This document shows, in pieces, positions 26,791-40,254 of a stretch of 64,000 nucleotides of DNA. Made by a program: the position numbers and the translations under genes. Each line of letters begins with the position of its first letter. Positions within the stretch are counted from its first letter, which is position 1. This stretch comes from Octopus sinensis (lineage: Eukaryota): contig NC_043007.1 of assembly GCF_006345805.1 (NCBI RefSeq), positions 31,744,001 to 31,808,000 on the forward strand, given 5' to 3'. The notes under the pieces were generated by a model. The model had not been told where the DNA came from. It made no database searches and worked only from the letters and a program-made list of their open reading frames with translations.

Positions 26791-27537
26791 CTTGTCCCCG
26801 CCTCCCACTTCCCACTGCTTGACAACCAGTGTTGGTTTGTTTATGTCCTGATATCTTAGTAGTCCATCAAGAGAGACTGATGGAATAAGTACCTTCGTGG
26901 TGGTGCTCCAGCATGGCCACAGCTAAATAACTGAAACAAAAAAATGATAAAAGATGAAAATAAATGAAGAAGAAAGACATGACATGTTTCCATGGTTATA
27001 TTTCAGATTATCCTGTTAAATGGAATTTCTAAACAGATTTCACTTGTTTGCTTGTTTAACATCTGTTTTTCCATGCTGGCATGGGTTAGATGGAGATGTC
27101 TGAGGCAGGAGTTTACTGCTGAATGCTCTTCTTTCCATCAATCATTACCTGTTTCCCTTTGTAAGTCTTCTTTTATGTCACAAGGTCTTCGAAAGCACAA
27201 AGCAACCCAACATATTGTTACAAAAATAATGGAAACATTGTTATTGTCTCTCTCAAGCAAAGCTGAAGGATGTCAACACACACACACACACACGTATCTT
27301 TGAATTTTTCCTGCCCAGGTGAGGAACATATAAGCCATGAACTGGGAAACCGGCCCCTATGTGTTGGCATGACTAGAGAAGAAAACTCTAGCTTCCCCTT
27401 TTTTAAGGTTACTCATCTGTACCAGCTGAGGGGACTGGAGCAATGTGAAATGAAGTGTTTGGCTCAATAACACAATTCATCGCCCGGTCCAGGAATTGAA
27501 ACCACAATCTTGTGACTGTGAGTGCAACACTCTAGAT

Positions 27538-30001
27538 CAGTGGTTCCCAACCTTTTCACTACCAAAGACTCATCATCATCGTTTAATGTCCGTTTTCCGC
27601 ACTGGCACAGGTTGGACCGTTCGACCGGGGTCTGGGAAGCCAGGAGGCTGTACCAGGCTCCAGTCTGATCTGGCAGTGTTTCTACAGCTGGATGCCCTTC
27701 CTAACGCCAACCACTCCACGAGTGTAGTGGGTGCTTTTTACGTGCCACCGGCACAGGTGTCAGGGGAGTCTGGCATCGGCCATGATCGGTTGGTGCTTTT
27801 AACGTGCCACCGGCACGGAAGCCAGTCAAGGCGGCGCTGGCATCGTCCACGTTCGGATGATGCTTTTTATGTGCCACCGGCACAGAAGCCAGTCGAGGTG
27901 GCGCTGGCATCGGCCACGTTTGGATGGTGCTTTTTATGTGCCATCGGCACAGGTGTCACAACTACTATTTCCATTGATATTTATTTCGATGCTCATGTAC
28001 TTGACTCAACAGGTCTCCTCAAGCACAGCGGGATGTTCTGGAGTCCAAGGTACTTTGAATGGGCAGGGGCTATGCGGGACTGGTGCAGGAAGCAGCCCGG
28101 GTCTTTACAGTCACAGCATATCTCCAGAGATCTCGGTCCTTCATCATTGCCTCCGTGAGGCCCAACGCTCTGAGATCATGCTTGACTACCTCATCCCATG
28201 TCTTCCTGGGTCTACCTCTCCCCCTGATTCCTTCAACTGTTTGGGAGCAGCACTTCTTCACACATCTCTCCTCATCCATCCGCAGTACATAACCATACCA
28301 TCGCAAGCATTGCTCTTGCACACCACATCTGATGCTTCTTATGTCCAGCATTTCTCTCAGGGTGCTTACCCTCTGTCGTGCGCGCACACTGACATTACAC
28401 ATCCAGCGGATCATGCTAGCTTAATTTTTTTCAAGTCTACGCATGTCCTCTGCAGTCACCGCCCATGTTTCACTACCGTGAAGCATGGCAGTTCGCACAC
28501 ATGCATCATACAATCTACCTTTCACTCTGAGTGAGAGACCCTTTGTCGCCAGTAGGGGTAGGAGCTTTCTAAACTTTGCCCAGGCTATTCGTATTCTTGT
28601 GGTGACACTCTCTGAGCATCCACCTACACTACTAACTTGGTCACCCAGGTAGCGGAAACTATCAACTACTTCTAGTTTCTCCCCCTGGAGTGTGATGGAA
28701 TCTGTTTTCTGAGTATCTGTGGTGTCTATTGTCGCTGTGCATCTGCCGCACATGAAAGCTATCTTATCAGTTAATTTCCCTTTGATGTTGCTGCACCTCT
28801 TATGCGTCCATAGCTTACACTGGGTACATCTAATGGAGTTTCTACCTACACCTTTCCTACAGATCGAGCAGGGCCACCTGCCCGAGGGGGTGTGTGCTGA
28901 GTTTGCCTTTCTGCTTACTATAACTTTGGTCTTTGCTACATTTACTCTAAGGCCCTTTGATTCTAACCCTTGCTTCCACACCCGAAATTTCTTTTCTAGT
29001 TCCGGTAGTGATTCTGCTATGAGAGCCAGGTTATCAGCATAGAGGAGCTCCCAGGGGCAACCTGTTTTGAATTCCTCTGTTATTGCCTGGAGGACTATGA
29101 TGAATAAAAGGGGACTGAGGGCTGAGCCTTGGTGTACACCTACTTCTACCCGGAATTCTTCACTATATTCGTTGCCAATTCTAACCTTGCTGACAGCCTC
29201 TCTGTATAGGGCCTGTACAGCCCTTATTAGCCATTCGTCAATCTCCAGTTTCCGCATCGACCACCAGATAAGGGATCGAGGGACCCTGTCAAAGGCTTTC
29301 TCCAAGTCCACAAAAGCTATGTAGAGGGGTTTATCTTTAGCTAGGTGCTTCTGCAGTTGTCGGACCAGGAATATAGCATCAGTGGTGCTTCTACCTGGTA
29401 CAAAACCGAACTACATCTCATCTAAGCAAATTCTCTCCCTAATGAGATGGGTTATGACCCTCTCTGAGACCTTCATCACCTGATCCAACAGTTTAATACC
29501 CCTGTAGTTATTTCTATCTAGAGCATCACCCTTACCCTTGTAGCAGTTGACTATGGTGCTGCTACGCCAGTCATTGGGTATGACTCCATTATGAACTACC
29601 TGGTTTACAATGCGGGTGACTAGGTCATAGCCCACATAACCAGCTGTTTTAAGCATTTCAGCTGAGATTCCTGATGGGCCGGGGGCTTTACCTGGTTTCA
29701 TACCCTTAATTGCCTTAACTACAAGGGAGCTGTCTATTCGGATAGCTGGTCCCTCTACTGGGTCAACATTTGGCAGGCTCTCCTCCTCCCATTCATTCTC
29801 CACATTCAGCAGTCTTTCATAATGGCTTCTCCAAGCCTCTTTCTTTTCACCACTTTTATTTAAATGAGTTTTGCCACAGACCCCAGGATATTGAAAGGTC
29901 CGTCAGCTTAACATGTTCATGGATCCCCAGTATTACCTTTTGTGACCAGTAGGGATCCACAGACCACCAGGGGTCTGCAGACAACAGGTTGAGAACCACT
30001 G
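27538..30001. mobile_element. hAT-type MITE interrupted by the RTE LINE
   Basis: TIRs CAGTGGTTCCCAACC and GGTTGAGAACCACTG. The flanking 8-mers ctctagat and ctctaggt match at 7/8, consistent with a TSD. Confidence 0.7.
27571..29850 (-). mobile_element. 5'-truncated, degenerate RTE-clade LINE (RT domain and 3' UTR)
   Basis: Broken ORFs 29411-29803, 28421-29311 and 28070-28414 contain DLEKAFDRVP, GVHQGSALSP, LLYADN and RGRGRPRKTW. The 3' UTR has tandem GGTGCTTTTTACGTGCCACCGGCAC units and a (GAT)n tail. Confidence 0.92.
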
Positions 30002-30770
30002 CTCTAGGTACTTGGCTGCATGTCTTTTGCGTTTGAAGAATTAAATTTGTTCCAGAAATTAGTTTTTCATATGTAACTCAATGAATTTCTTGTGTATTGA
30101 AAAAATGTATTCCAACATGCTACTGCAGGCAGTGGTGGTGGCGGCGGTGGTGGAGGTGGTGGCGGGCGTGGTAGTAGTGGTGGTGGTGGCAGTGGTGGTG
30201 GTGGTGGTTCTGATACGTGAAATCCAGCTCGGTTCCCCCCCGGTTTAAAATATGTGACAGAAAGGAATTTGCTCTCCGACATGACTGAATCACATGTCAA
30301 AAAAGTGATGGCATCACAAGAAAGAAGTGCCAAGTTAATTCCAGACACATAAGAACTGAATCAAAAAGAAAAAGGGGGGAGAAAACAAAACAGCCGACAG
30401 CAAAATTGGTCGAAACACTGCCATGAACCAATGTCATACAACCAGGAACAAGATGAATATTGAACTTTGATAAACACATTTAATAAAACAATATAAATTC
30501 CTACATAAGGGAGTGCTATCGAACTATCTTTTGAAGTAAACAGCAATTCAGGGTGTAAGGCTTTTATACAAAAACACGATCCATAATAAACTGATTTCAT
30601 TTAACCCTTTTGATGCCAAACAACCTCCTAAGCCGCCCCCGGTTCTATGACACAGACATCATGGTTTCAGATATATATTTCTTATGTGGTTTTGTATTGC
30701 TTATGTATCATATACATACAGGTTATATTCCAGATACACGCGTCAGTTTTTTCTAAATTTAAATAAAATA

Positions 30771-31165
30771 TATAGGCGCAGGAGTGGCTGTGTGGTAAGA
30801 AGCTTGCTTACCAACCACATGATTCCGGGTTCATTCCCACTGCATGGCATCTTGGGCAAGTGTCTTCTACTATAGCCTCGGGCCGACCAAAGCCTTGTGA
30901 GAGGATTTGGTAAGTGGAAACTGAAAGAAGCCCGTCGTATATATGTATATATATATATATGTATGTGTGTGTCTGTGTTTGTCCCACCAACATCGCTTGA
31001 CAACCGATGGTGGTGCGTTTACGTCTGCATAACTTAGCGGTTTGGCAAAAGAGACCGATAGAATAAGTATTAGGCTTCAAAAGAATAAGTCCTGGGGTCG
31101 ATTTATTTGACTAAAAGCGGTGCTCCAGCATGACCGCAGACAAATGACTGAAACAAGTAAAAGAG
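30771..31165 (+). mobile_element. SINE family A, full length, in NENF intron 1
   Basis: ataggcgcaggagtggctgtgtgg ... tgactgaaacaagtaaaagag. Confidence 0.9.
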
Positions 31166-31371
31166 AATATATATATATAAAATTACTGGATAATCCTAGA
31201 TCCCGGATTTCTGGCTTTGCATTTAGCAATGCTTTGCTAGTTTCATCTTGTCTCTTCGTTTTCTCTTCGTGTTTTTAGAGTCAGATCATGACTGCTATTT
31301 TCAGCATGGTGGTATCTCATAGATACCCTAATTTATAATTTTATATATATATATATATTATATATACAATG

Positions 31372-31512
31372 TGCTTCTTTCCATTTCCATCTATGAAATC
31401 CACTCACAAGGCTTTGGTCAACCCAAGGCTTTGATAAAAGACACTTGCCCAAGGTGCCACACAGTGGGACTGAACCTGGAACCATGTGGTTGGGGTGCGA
31501 CCTTCTTAGCAC
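31372..31512 (-). mobile_element. SINE family A head half, inverted relative to 30771-31165
   Basis: ccactcacaaggctttggtcaacccaaggc ... ggactgaacctggaaccatgtggttgg. Confidence 0.8.
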
Positions 31513-31589
31513 ATATCTACATTTATACAAGTAATATCGTTATTATTTATGTCAGTAAACTGTATTTGACAAATTCCACCTTATTCCAG

Positions 31590-31650
31590 CCCACCAAACC
31601 CATTTATTTGGCCTTAAAAGGAGTCGTCTTTGATGTATCCACTCGCAGAG
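31590..31650 (+). CDS. NENF: Neudesin exon 2
   Basis: Acceptor ttattccag|, then PTKPIYLALKGVVFDVSTRR+G, then donor |gtaag. Matches the MAPR/neudesin motif PIYLAVKGVVFDVT. Phases 0 to 1. Confidence 0.93.
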
Positions 31651-32430
31651 GTAAGAATTTGATAGAAATAACATTTTCTTTCGTGGCAGGTTGGGATAAT
31701 CACAACTGAGTTGGACGAAATGTGTGGCTATATTTTCTCTTGGCACTACATTCTCTGAGTCAAAATCCCTCCTAGGTCATCTTTACCTTATCATCCTCAT
31801 CATCATCATCATCATTGCCATTATCATCATTTAACATTCATTTTCCATGCTGGCATAGATAGGACAGTTTGGCAGCATTCGATGAACCAGCGGGCTGTAT
31901 TAAGCTCCAGTGTCTGCTTTGGGAATGGTTTCTACAGCTGGGTGCCCTTCCTGACACCAACCACTTTACAAAGTGTACTGGGTACTTTTTTCATGCCACC
32001 AGCACTAGTGAGGTCACCAAAAAGATTTGCAAGACAGGAAAAGAACAATAGAAATCCCCAATCAATTGAGTGGGGTAGAGGAGTATTTAGGAAGGGTAGG
32101 TGGCTTTATGCCTAAGTGTTGGGAGCCTAAAATACAGTAGAAAGACAAGTGCAGATGTCTTGCTATAGAGGAGACACATTCTATAAGGATGGGAGAGAGT
32201 AACTAGGAAGAAGAAAGATAGTAATAATGGGGAGTTTGTAGCCAGCACTCCCTCCAATTATCAAATCTTGAATGGTCTCACACTAAAAGGAGGGAAGGGC
32301 CCTCAGGACTAAATAAAGCCCTATGGTGGCATGAGTCATCCTATATGAGCGTCCAATAACACTATACTTGTTCCATGTCCTCGTGTTGTTGTGTTTTCTC
32401 TTTGTTCGTGTTTGGATTAACTATATATAT

Positions 32431-32476
<46 letters not shown>

Positions 32477-32477
32477 G

Positions 32478-32526
<49 letters not shown>

Positions 32527-33276
32527 CATAGTTGGAATTTACCAAAAAAATCAAAACAAAAGAGGAAGACGTGTGTGTAAACAACAAACAGAGGTATTAG
32601 TTTAACGCTCAGGAAGTGAGAAAGTCTTTTACGTTTCAAGCCAACGCTCTTCAACAGAAAGGAACACAAAAATAAGCAGAGAAAGAAAATAAAATAAATA
32701 TATATTAATGTGTGTATGTGATCAACGTAGATAAAAGGCCGATATAGTTATACCCGGAAAGCTTTTGATCCTGAATTCACTTGAGAACTAAACAACAACA
32801 CAGTTGTCTTGAGGTCCCCCCCCAATCACCTTTTCCTGCCTAAAACTCATATACGTCTGCTAGCATCATCCATATCTTATTTAAGCTCTTCTTCCACAAC
32901 TTAACCCACAAAAAAAAAAAAAAATCCCCATTCGATTATCTTTTGTCTTGCCTACAACATAAAGAGTGAGTGACTCACTTTTAATCTCTGACCGTTTGTC
33001 TTAGGTACAATCTAGGAACTTTACAGATGATAAATAGACCTTGTCAAAATATGTCAAAACGTGTCAACTACATTCATAAAGCATTAAAATATATATTAAT
33101 ATGTTAATACTACATTATCGTATTAAACACAATGACTTCAGGTCATTTACCTTTGTTTTAGCATAAACAGTACCATAATTTAATGTGTGCGCTGAAGCAT
33201 CAGCAGGTTTCATTTGCAGGAAAATATCAGCTTTTAGAATATTCTGTTGAAATTCTCAGGGTTTCTTACAATCCTC

Positions 33277-33665
33277 AAGGCGGTGAGCTGGCAGAGTCCT
33301 TAGCACGCCGGGTGAAATGCTTAGTGGTATTTCGTCCGCCGCTACGTTCTGAGTTCAAATTCCGCCGAGGTCGACTTTGCCTTTCATCCTTTCGGGGTGG
33401 ATAAATTAAGTACCAGTTACACACTGGGGTCGATATAATCGACTTAATCCATTTGTCTGTCCTTGTTTGTCCCCTCTATGTTTAGCCTCTTGTGGATAGT
33501 AAAGAAATAGGTATTTTGTCTGTCTTTACATTCTGAGTTCAAATTCCACCGAGGTTGACTTTGCCTTTCATCCTTTCGGGGTCGATAAATTAAATACCAG
33601 TTATGCACTGGCGTCGATGTAATCGACTTAATCTGTTTGTCTGTCCTTGTTTGTCCCCTCTATGT
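33277..33665 (+). mobile_element. tRNA-derived SINE, family B, with a duplicated B-box module
   Basis: aaggcggtgagctggcagag ... gagttcaaattccgccgaggtcgactttgcc, with the module repeated at about 33530-33660. Confidence 0.85.
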
Positions 33666-34011
33666 TTAGCTCTTTGTGACCAAAAAGTCCATCAGACCTG
33701 GCTGACAGCATTTCTGTCCCTATAGAATTTATCTCAAACAACTTGCAACACCCCACTCTCTGAAAGCACTTCCAGGCCACGGATTTCAGGAAATTATCTG
33801 TAGGTTCTGACCCAAAAGCCCTCTGGAATAGACCAACCTGTTTGATTTTCATTATGCCCCAGAGTTTCCCCAAGAATGCTGTTGTTTGTATTAATCCTTC
33901 ATAGAACTTCCACCTATTACGATGCCCAACTAGTAAAGGACTGTGAACACTTGGCAACAATCTAGATGCCAAATGCTCTGCCCCGGTCTTTGCTTGATTC
34001 AGGACCGTAGC

Positions 34012-34190
34012 TTCCACATCTGTTTGCCGTCAAGCAAGCTGACTTATTTGGTTAGGAAAGATTGCCACGAAATTCACCTCTCTGCACCTGTGGGCCATAT
34101 TTTGACGACCACATCTGCTTGCCGTCAAGCAATTGCTAACTTATTTGGTTAGGAAAGATTGCCACGACATTCGCCTCTCTGCACCTGTTG
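34012..34190. repeat. Two-copy tandem repeat of about 95 bp
   Basis: ccacatctg(t/c)ttgccgtcaagcaa...ctctgcacctgt occurs twice. Confidence 0.85.
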
Positions 34191-34857
34191 TCCCAACTTC
34201 CTCTTTCTGTCTCCATTATCTTCGCCTTCTCTCTTTTCCTGCTCTTTTTTCTTTGTTTTTTTTCTCTTTTTCTTTTCTTTTGTTTTCTTTTTCTTCTCAA
34301 GTGTTGCTTCTTTTTTTTTGTTTTGTTTTGCTTAACATACACCACGTTAAGTGTCGGTTTAGCCTAAATCAAATAATAAGATTTTGTGGGATATAATCCG
34401 ACCAAAGCGAAGAAAAATAATCTTTTGATTTTTATCGCAGTAGTTTCTTTATTCAACACCGTTTCAGCGACTGGATTTGGACAAACGATTTAAGAAATGG
34501 ACGCATCTTAAACAAAACATTTCAAGCGAAGTTTGTCGTCCAGATTTTATCCCCAAAACTGACCTAGTGACGAGGAATTGACAACGCTGCTGATCTTTCA
34601 GTCGTATCACTTGTGAAACATTTGAAACCAAACAGCTGACAAAAAAAACAAACTGTCCTTCTCCCCCAAATTTAAATAAAACTAAAGTTTGTTTATAATA
34701 ACTGACAAAATAAAATAAAAATGAAAGATAGACGAGTACAAACATACTTTAAAATGTGTTTGTAAACAGAACAAATCCGGTACATTTAAACTCTTTTTCA
34801 ATATAAACAGACGACACACATATACACACAAATAGAAGACAACAAAAACCCTAGCTG

Positions 34858-35270
34858 AAATGGGGTTCCTCCGAAGGACTTCTGGAGTAACATTACTCAA
34901 CAGGGTGCATAGCTCGGACATCAGGACTCCATCCAGGTCAAGCTGCTACCTCTACGAATTGGGAGATCACAGTTCCGGTACTACGGATATGGGAATAGAA
35001 TGTCGCAAGAAATAATCGCAAGATGGGATTTTCAAGTTGAACCAACCGGCAGGAAACCTAAGGGTAGGCAAAGTACGAGATGGTTGGATGATATCCATAG
35101 TCTTAATTGGTTATGGTTTGGAAATCCAGCCAGAAAGTGTAATGACAATTATTTCTGATACAACCCTATAGAAGAGGTGCCTAAGAACTCCACTCCCACG
35201 ACCCACCCAGGAATTGTGGGCAAAGAAGGTGGATGGGTGGATGGATGGATGGATGGATGGATGGATGGCA
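34858..35270 (+). mobile_element. RTE-type LINE 3' fragment with (GGAT)n tail
   Basis: Decayed EMGFLRRTSGVTLLNRV...PTGRKPKGRQSTRWLDDI. Confidence 0.7.
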
Positions 35271-37184
35271 ACAGGGTCCAAGAAAACTGGTGGTCTTCTG
35301 TGCTGGTAAGAATTATACTGTGAACTTCATGCGTTTTGATAAGTCTAGGGTATATCGTGGGGAGAAGTGAAATTTGATGTTTTGGAGGCTGTCCCTTCGT
35401 CTGGCAAAGATAATATAAAGCGGGATTTTATGCGTGTGTAGTTAAGAAGCACGTTTTGACACAACGTGGTGTCAGGTTCAATACCACTGCATGGCACTAT
35501 GGGCAAGTTTTCTACTATGGTCCTGGACTGACCATTGCTTTGTGAATTTGGTAGATGAAAATTGTGTGGAAGCCCACCGTTATATAAATATAAATGTGTG
35601 TGCATGTGAACCCTACCCTCGCTTCACAACTGATGTTGGTTTGTTTATGTTCCTGTGACGTAGCGGTTCGCAAAACGAACTGATAGAATAAGTAACAGAC
35701 TTTTAAAATTAAATTAAAAGAACTGGAGTTGATTTGATCGACTAAAACCGCTGAAGGCTGTGCCCCAGCATGGCTGCAGTCCAACGACTGAAACAAATAA
35801 AAGATAAAAAACAAAATATTCCTTGTAGGCGCAGGCGTGTGGTACAGGCATGGCTGTGTGATAAGAAGCTTGCTTCCCAATTACGTGGTCCCGGGTTCAG
35901 TTCCACTGCACGGCACCTTGGGCAAAGTGTCTTCTATTATAGCCTCAAGCTAACCAAAGCCTTGTTAGTGGATTTGGTTGACGGAAACTAAAATAAGCCC
36001 GTCGTATATATGTGTGTGTGTGTTTGTCCCACCACCATCGCTTGTCAACCAATGTTGGTGTGTTTACGATCCCCATAACTTAGCGGTTCGGCAAGAGACG
36101 TTGATAGACGGACGAAATACCTATTTCTTTACTACCCACAAGGGGCTAAACACAGAGGGGACAAACAAGGACAGACAAACGGATTAAGTCGATTACATCG
36201 ACCCCAGTGCGTAACTGGTACGTATTTAATCAACCCCAAAAGGATGAAAGGCAAAGTTGACCTCAGCGGAATTTGAACTCAGAACATAGCGGCAGACAAA
36301 ATACAGCCAAGCATTTTGCTCGGTATGCTAACATTTCTGCCAGCTCACCGCCTTAGAAATGTCACTTTTGGCACAAAGCCAGCAATTTGGAGGTGGGATT
36401 TAAGTTGATTACATCGACCCCAGTGCTTAACTGGTATTAATTTATCAACCCCGAAAAGAAGAAAGACAGAGTCAGCCCCAGTGGAATTTGAAATGACGCT
36501 TAATATTGACAGGAAGTGCTAACGTTTCTACCAGTTCACCGCTTTGTGCATGCGATTACATTAGTGAAGTATGTATAGTAAACAGAAGCTCACATGTTGG
36601 TTTGGACAGCTGATACTTTTAGATACAGCTCTCACGCCAGCTGGAGAGTAAAGAGGAAGGCCTTTACCCTGCAGCAAGAGGGCAACGACTGATTTCATGG
36701 TTTACATATTAAATATAAGGTCAAGTTTTGTTAAACGTATGATTTATTAGGTGAGTTGCTGGTAACAGAAATCCAATTAGATAAAACATATAATACAAGA
36801 AAAATACATTCACACACACACATATACACACACAGTAATGTGCCATATATTGCCTCAAGCATTCAGCTCTTTGACAAAGATGTAGGGCCACCGTAGTGAC
36901 GCCCTGCGGGTTTTTAGCACTTTGTGAACCTGTTGGAGCCTATCACACTCCTGCTCTGACAACAGCCAATTTCTTCAAGGAGAAAAACACGACGAAAGAG
37001 TGAGAAAAAGAGAAGAATCGGTCCCTGTGCAAAGCTAGTATTTTATTATTTATTGATTGAGAAAGGAGGAAAGGCAAAGATGACCTGAGTGAGATTTGAG
37101 TTCCATTTACAGAAGGCCAGAAGGATAAGCGCAAAGCTATCAATCCGAAGTTCTAACGACATTGTTGATCGGCTGCCTTACCAA

Positions 37185-37384
37185 ACACATACACACACAC
37201 ACACACATGCACTCACATGCATACAGACACACTGTGTGCATAAATATTTATGCAAATATATACATGCATAGATACGTACATAGACATGCATTCATGCATG
37301 CATGCAAGCATGCATATATAAGTACATACACACATGCATGCATACATACATACATACACACATACATACATACATGCATACATG

Positions 37385-37416
<32 letters not shown>

Positions 37417-37746
37417 TACATACATACATACTTACATACATCTATACATACACACACACACACATACATACATACATGCATACATACATGCATACATACA
37501 TACATACATGCATGCATACATACATACACACATACATACATACACACACACACACATACATACATACATACATGCATACATACATACATACATACATCCA
37601 TACATACACACACACATACATACACACACACACATACATACATACATACATGCATACATACATACATACATACACATACATACACACATACATACATACA
37701 CACATACATACATGCATACATACATACATGCATACATACATCCATA

Positions 37747-37781
<35 letters not shown>

Positions 37782-38210
37782 TACATACATACATACACAC
37801 ACACATACACACACACTCACATACATACATACATATATCCATACATACACACATTCATACATACATACATACACACATACATGCATCCATCCATACATAC
37901 ACACATACATACATACATGCATACATACATACATCTATACATACACACACACACACATACATACATACATACATGCATACATACATACATACATGCATGC
38001 ATACATACACACACACATACATACATACACACACACACACACATACATACATACATGCATACATACATACATACATACATACATACATCCATACATACAC
38101 ACACACATACATACACACACACACACACATACATACATACATACATACACACATACATACATACACACATACATACATGCATACATACATACATGCATAC
38201 ATACATCCAT

Positions 38211-38243
<33 letters not shown>

Positions 38244-38310
38244 TACATACATACATACACACACACATACACACACACTCACATACATACATACATACAT
38301 ACATACATAC
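37185..38310. repeat. Compound (TACA)n/(CA)n microsatellite, about 1.1 kb
   Basis: Read directly from the sequence. Confidence 0.97.
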
Positions 38311-39500
38311 AAAATATCGTTTTGTTTTCGTTAGTTAATCTTTTGATTAATTCTTCGCTCAAGTATTTCTTCTGATTATGTAACATAGAAGCGGTGATAA
38401 CCCTCCTTGCTATCTTCTCCTATATTCTGTATCTCGAGTATTTATTACTGTTTTTAACTTGTATTCTAAATGTAGAAGTCAAAGGTGTCATGCGGCCCCA
38501 TTCCCTATTGAAGTTGGCTGCTGGGGCTTCCCAGCTACATTGGTGTCCTGTTCCCAGAAGAAGATTGGTTTTAAAGCCAAATAACTGAAAAAAAAAGAAG
38601 ACCACGAAGGAGACAGGCATGGTGACTGAGACCAGCTCAAGATGGCGGTGGTGATCAAGGGACCACAAGGAGAACCCTTCCGCAGATGAAAACTAGTTTA
38701 GTCCTCATTTCCCCTCTCATGCTAAGTGTATAGGCTAAGGAGCAAAACACTTGTGACTCGAGATACTGGCTGATGATACAGAAGGATTTTCGACTCTGCG
38801 ATGGACTCAAAAGAGCTTGCAATACCTCTGAGTAGCATTTCTGTGTGGAGCAAAGCGCCTCAGATGTTTATTTTGCCATACAAGCTATAAACATGGCTCG
38901 TTCCTATTAAAACGTTCCTGAACAGATATGGTTTTTAGTTTGACAAATGTATCTTCATAGGTATGGAAAAATATCCTCCAATTACAATAACGTGTCCTGT
39001 GATTGTTTTTGGCTTTTTTGGGCTTTGCTTTTTTTTTGCTTGAAAACTTGACAAACAGACAGCGTAATGAGATGTTTAGTCTTCTGTGGAAGGTACGTTT
39101 GGTTATAAATTAATGAGAGAAGTAAGAAGAAGAAGAAGAAGGAGAAGGAGAAGAAGAAGAAGAACTGAGAGAGAGAGAGACAGACAGACAGACACAGAGA
39201 GAGACAGTGCATCCCCTTGTGGCGAAAGGGCCGTGTTTGATATTCTATTAAACGATGTTTTAATGTTATTTCTTTTTACCGAAACGTATCAATGCAGGCT
39301 GTGAGGTGTTTTCTCTATCGTTATCTTTGTTATTTTTAGTCAAGGTACAACAACAATATTTACAAAATAGATTCATTATCATCTTTGTTTATGATTTCGT
39401 GGGGTGAAGGTGATGCAGGGTGCATGGTCTTCACCTCTGAAGAGTTTTCAAGATCGTTGAGATCAATATGATTGATCTTCAGTGTAAACAACAAACAATA

Positions 39501-39730
39501 AGGTGGCGAGCTGGCAGAAACGTTAGCACACCAGGCGAAATGCGTAGCCGTATTTCGTCTGCCGTTACGTTCTGAGTTCAAATTCCGCCGAGGTCGACTT
39601 TGCCTTTCATCCTTTCGGGGTCGATAAATAAAGTACCAGTTGAGTATTGGGGTCGATTTAATCGACTTAATCCGTTTGTCTGTCCTCGTTTGTCCCCTTC
39701 ATGTTTAGCCCCTTGTGGGTAGTAAGGAAA
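39501..39730 (+). mobile_element. SINE family B
   Basis: Same head and body as 33277. Confidence 0.85.
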
Positions 39731-39895
39731 TAAATATTGGCAGGTAAGTAGATTGGCTTCTCTGGTGAAGTGGGACTGAACGAAGTAGTTTGCATGAGTG
39801 TTGGGTAATGAGTAAAGGAGAGCAATGAGCGTTTATGGTGGATCTCAATGGAAGTGACATGGGAGATGCTATACTGATGCACAATGCACTTTTGT

Positions 39896-40210
39896 TTTCG
39901 ACTTACGGCTGAATTCCGTTCTGACTGACAGGTCGTAAGTCAAGTTGGTCGTATTTCGGATTTATATTTTTTAACACTATTCTCATTTAAACGCAGCTGA
40001 TGCTTAAAAGCGACTGAGTGAGAGATGATAATGGTAGGCAGTAGATCTCTGGGTCTGAGGGAGGTCTGCGTTACCGGATGCTGCCATAGTTATCATACAT
40101 GCAGCTGCCCAACATACCAAAAGTGATTTTAGACTTATTTATTTATTTTCTTATTTATTGTAGTCGTAAGTGTGGATGGTCATAAATTGCATTGGTCATA
40201 AGTCGAGGAG
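39896..40210. mobile_element. Decayed Tigger-like MITE
   Basis: Contains cgacttacg ... gtcgtaagtc and gtcataagtcgagga terminal/subterminal motifs. Confidence 0.4.
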
Positions 40211-40254
<44 letters not shown>

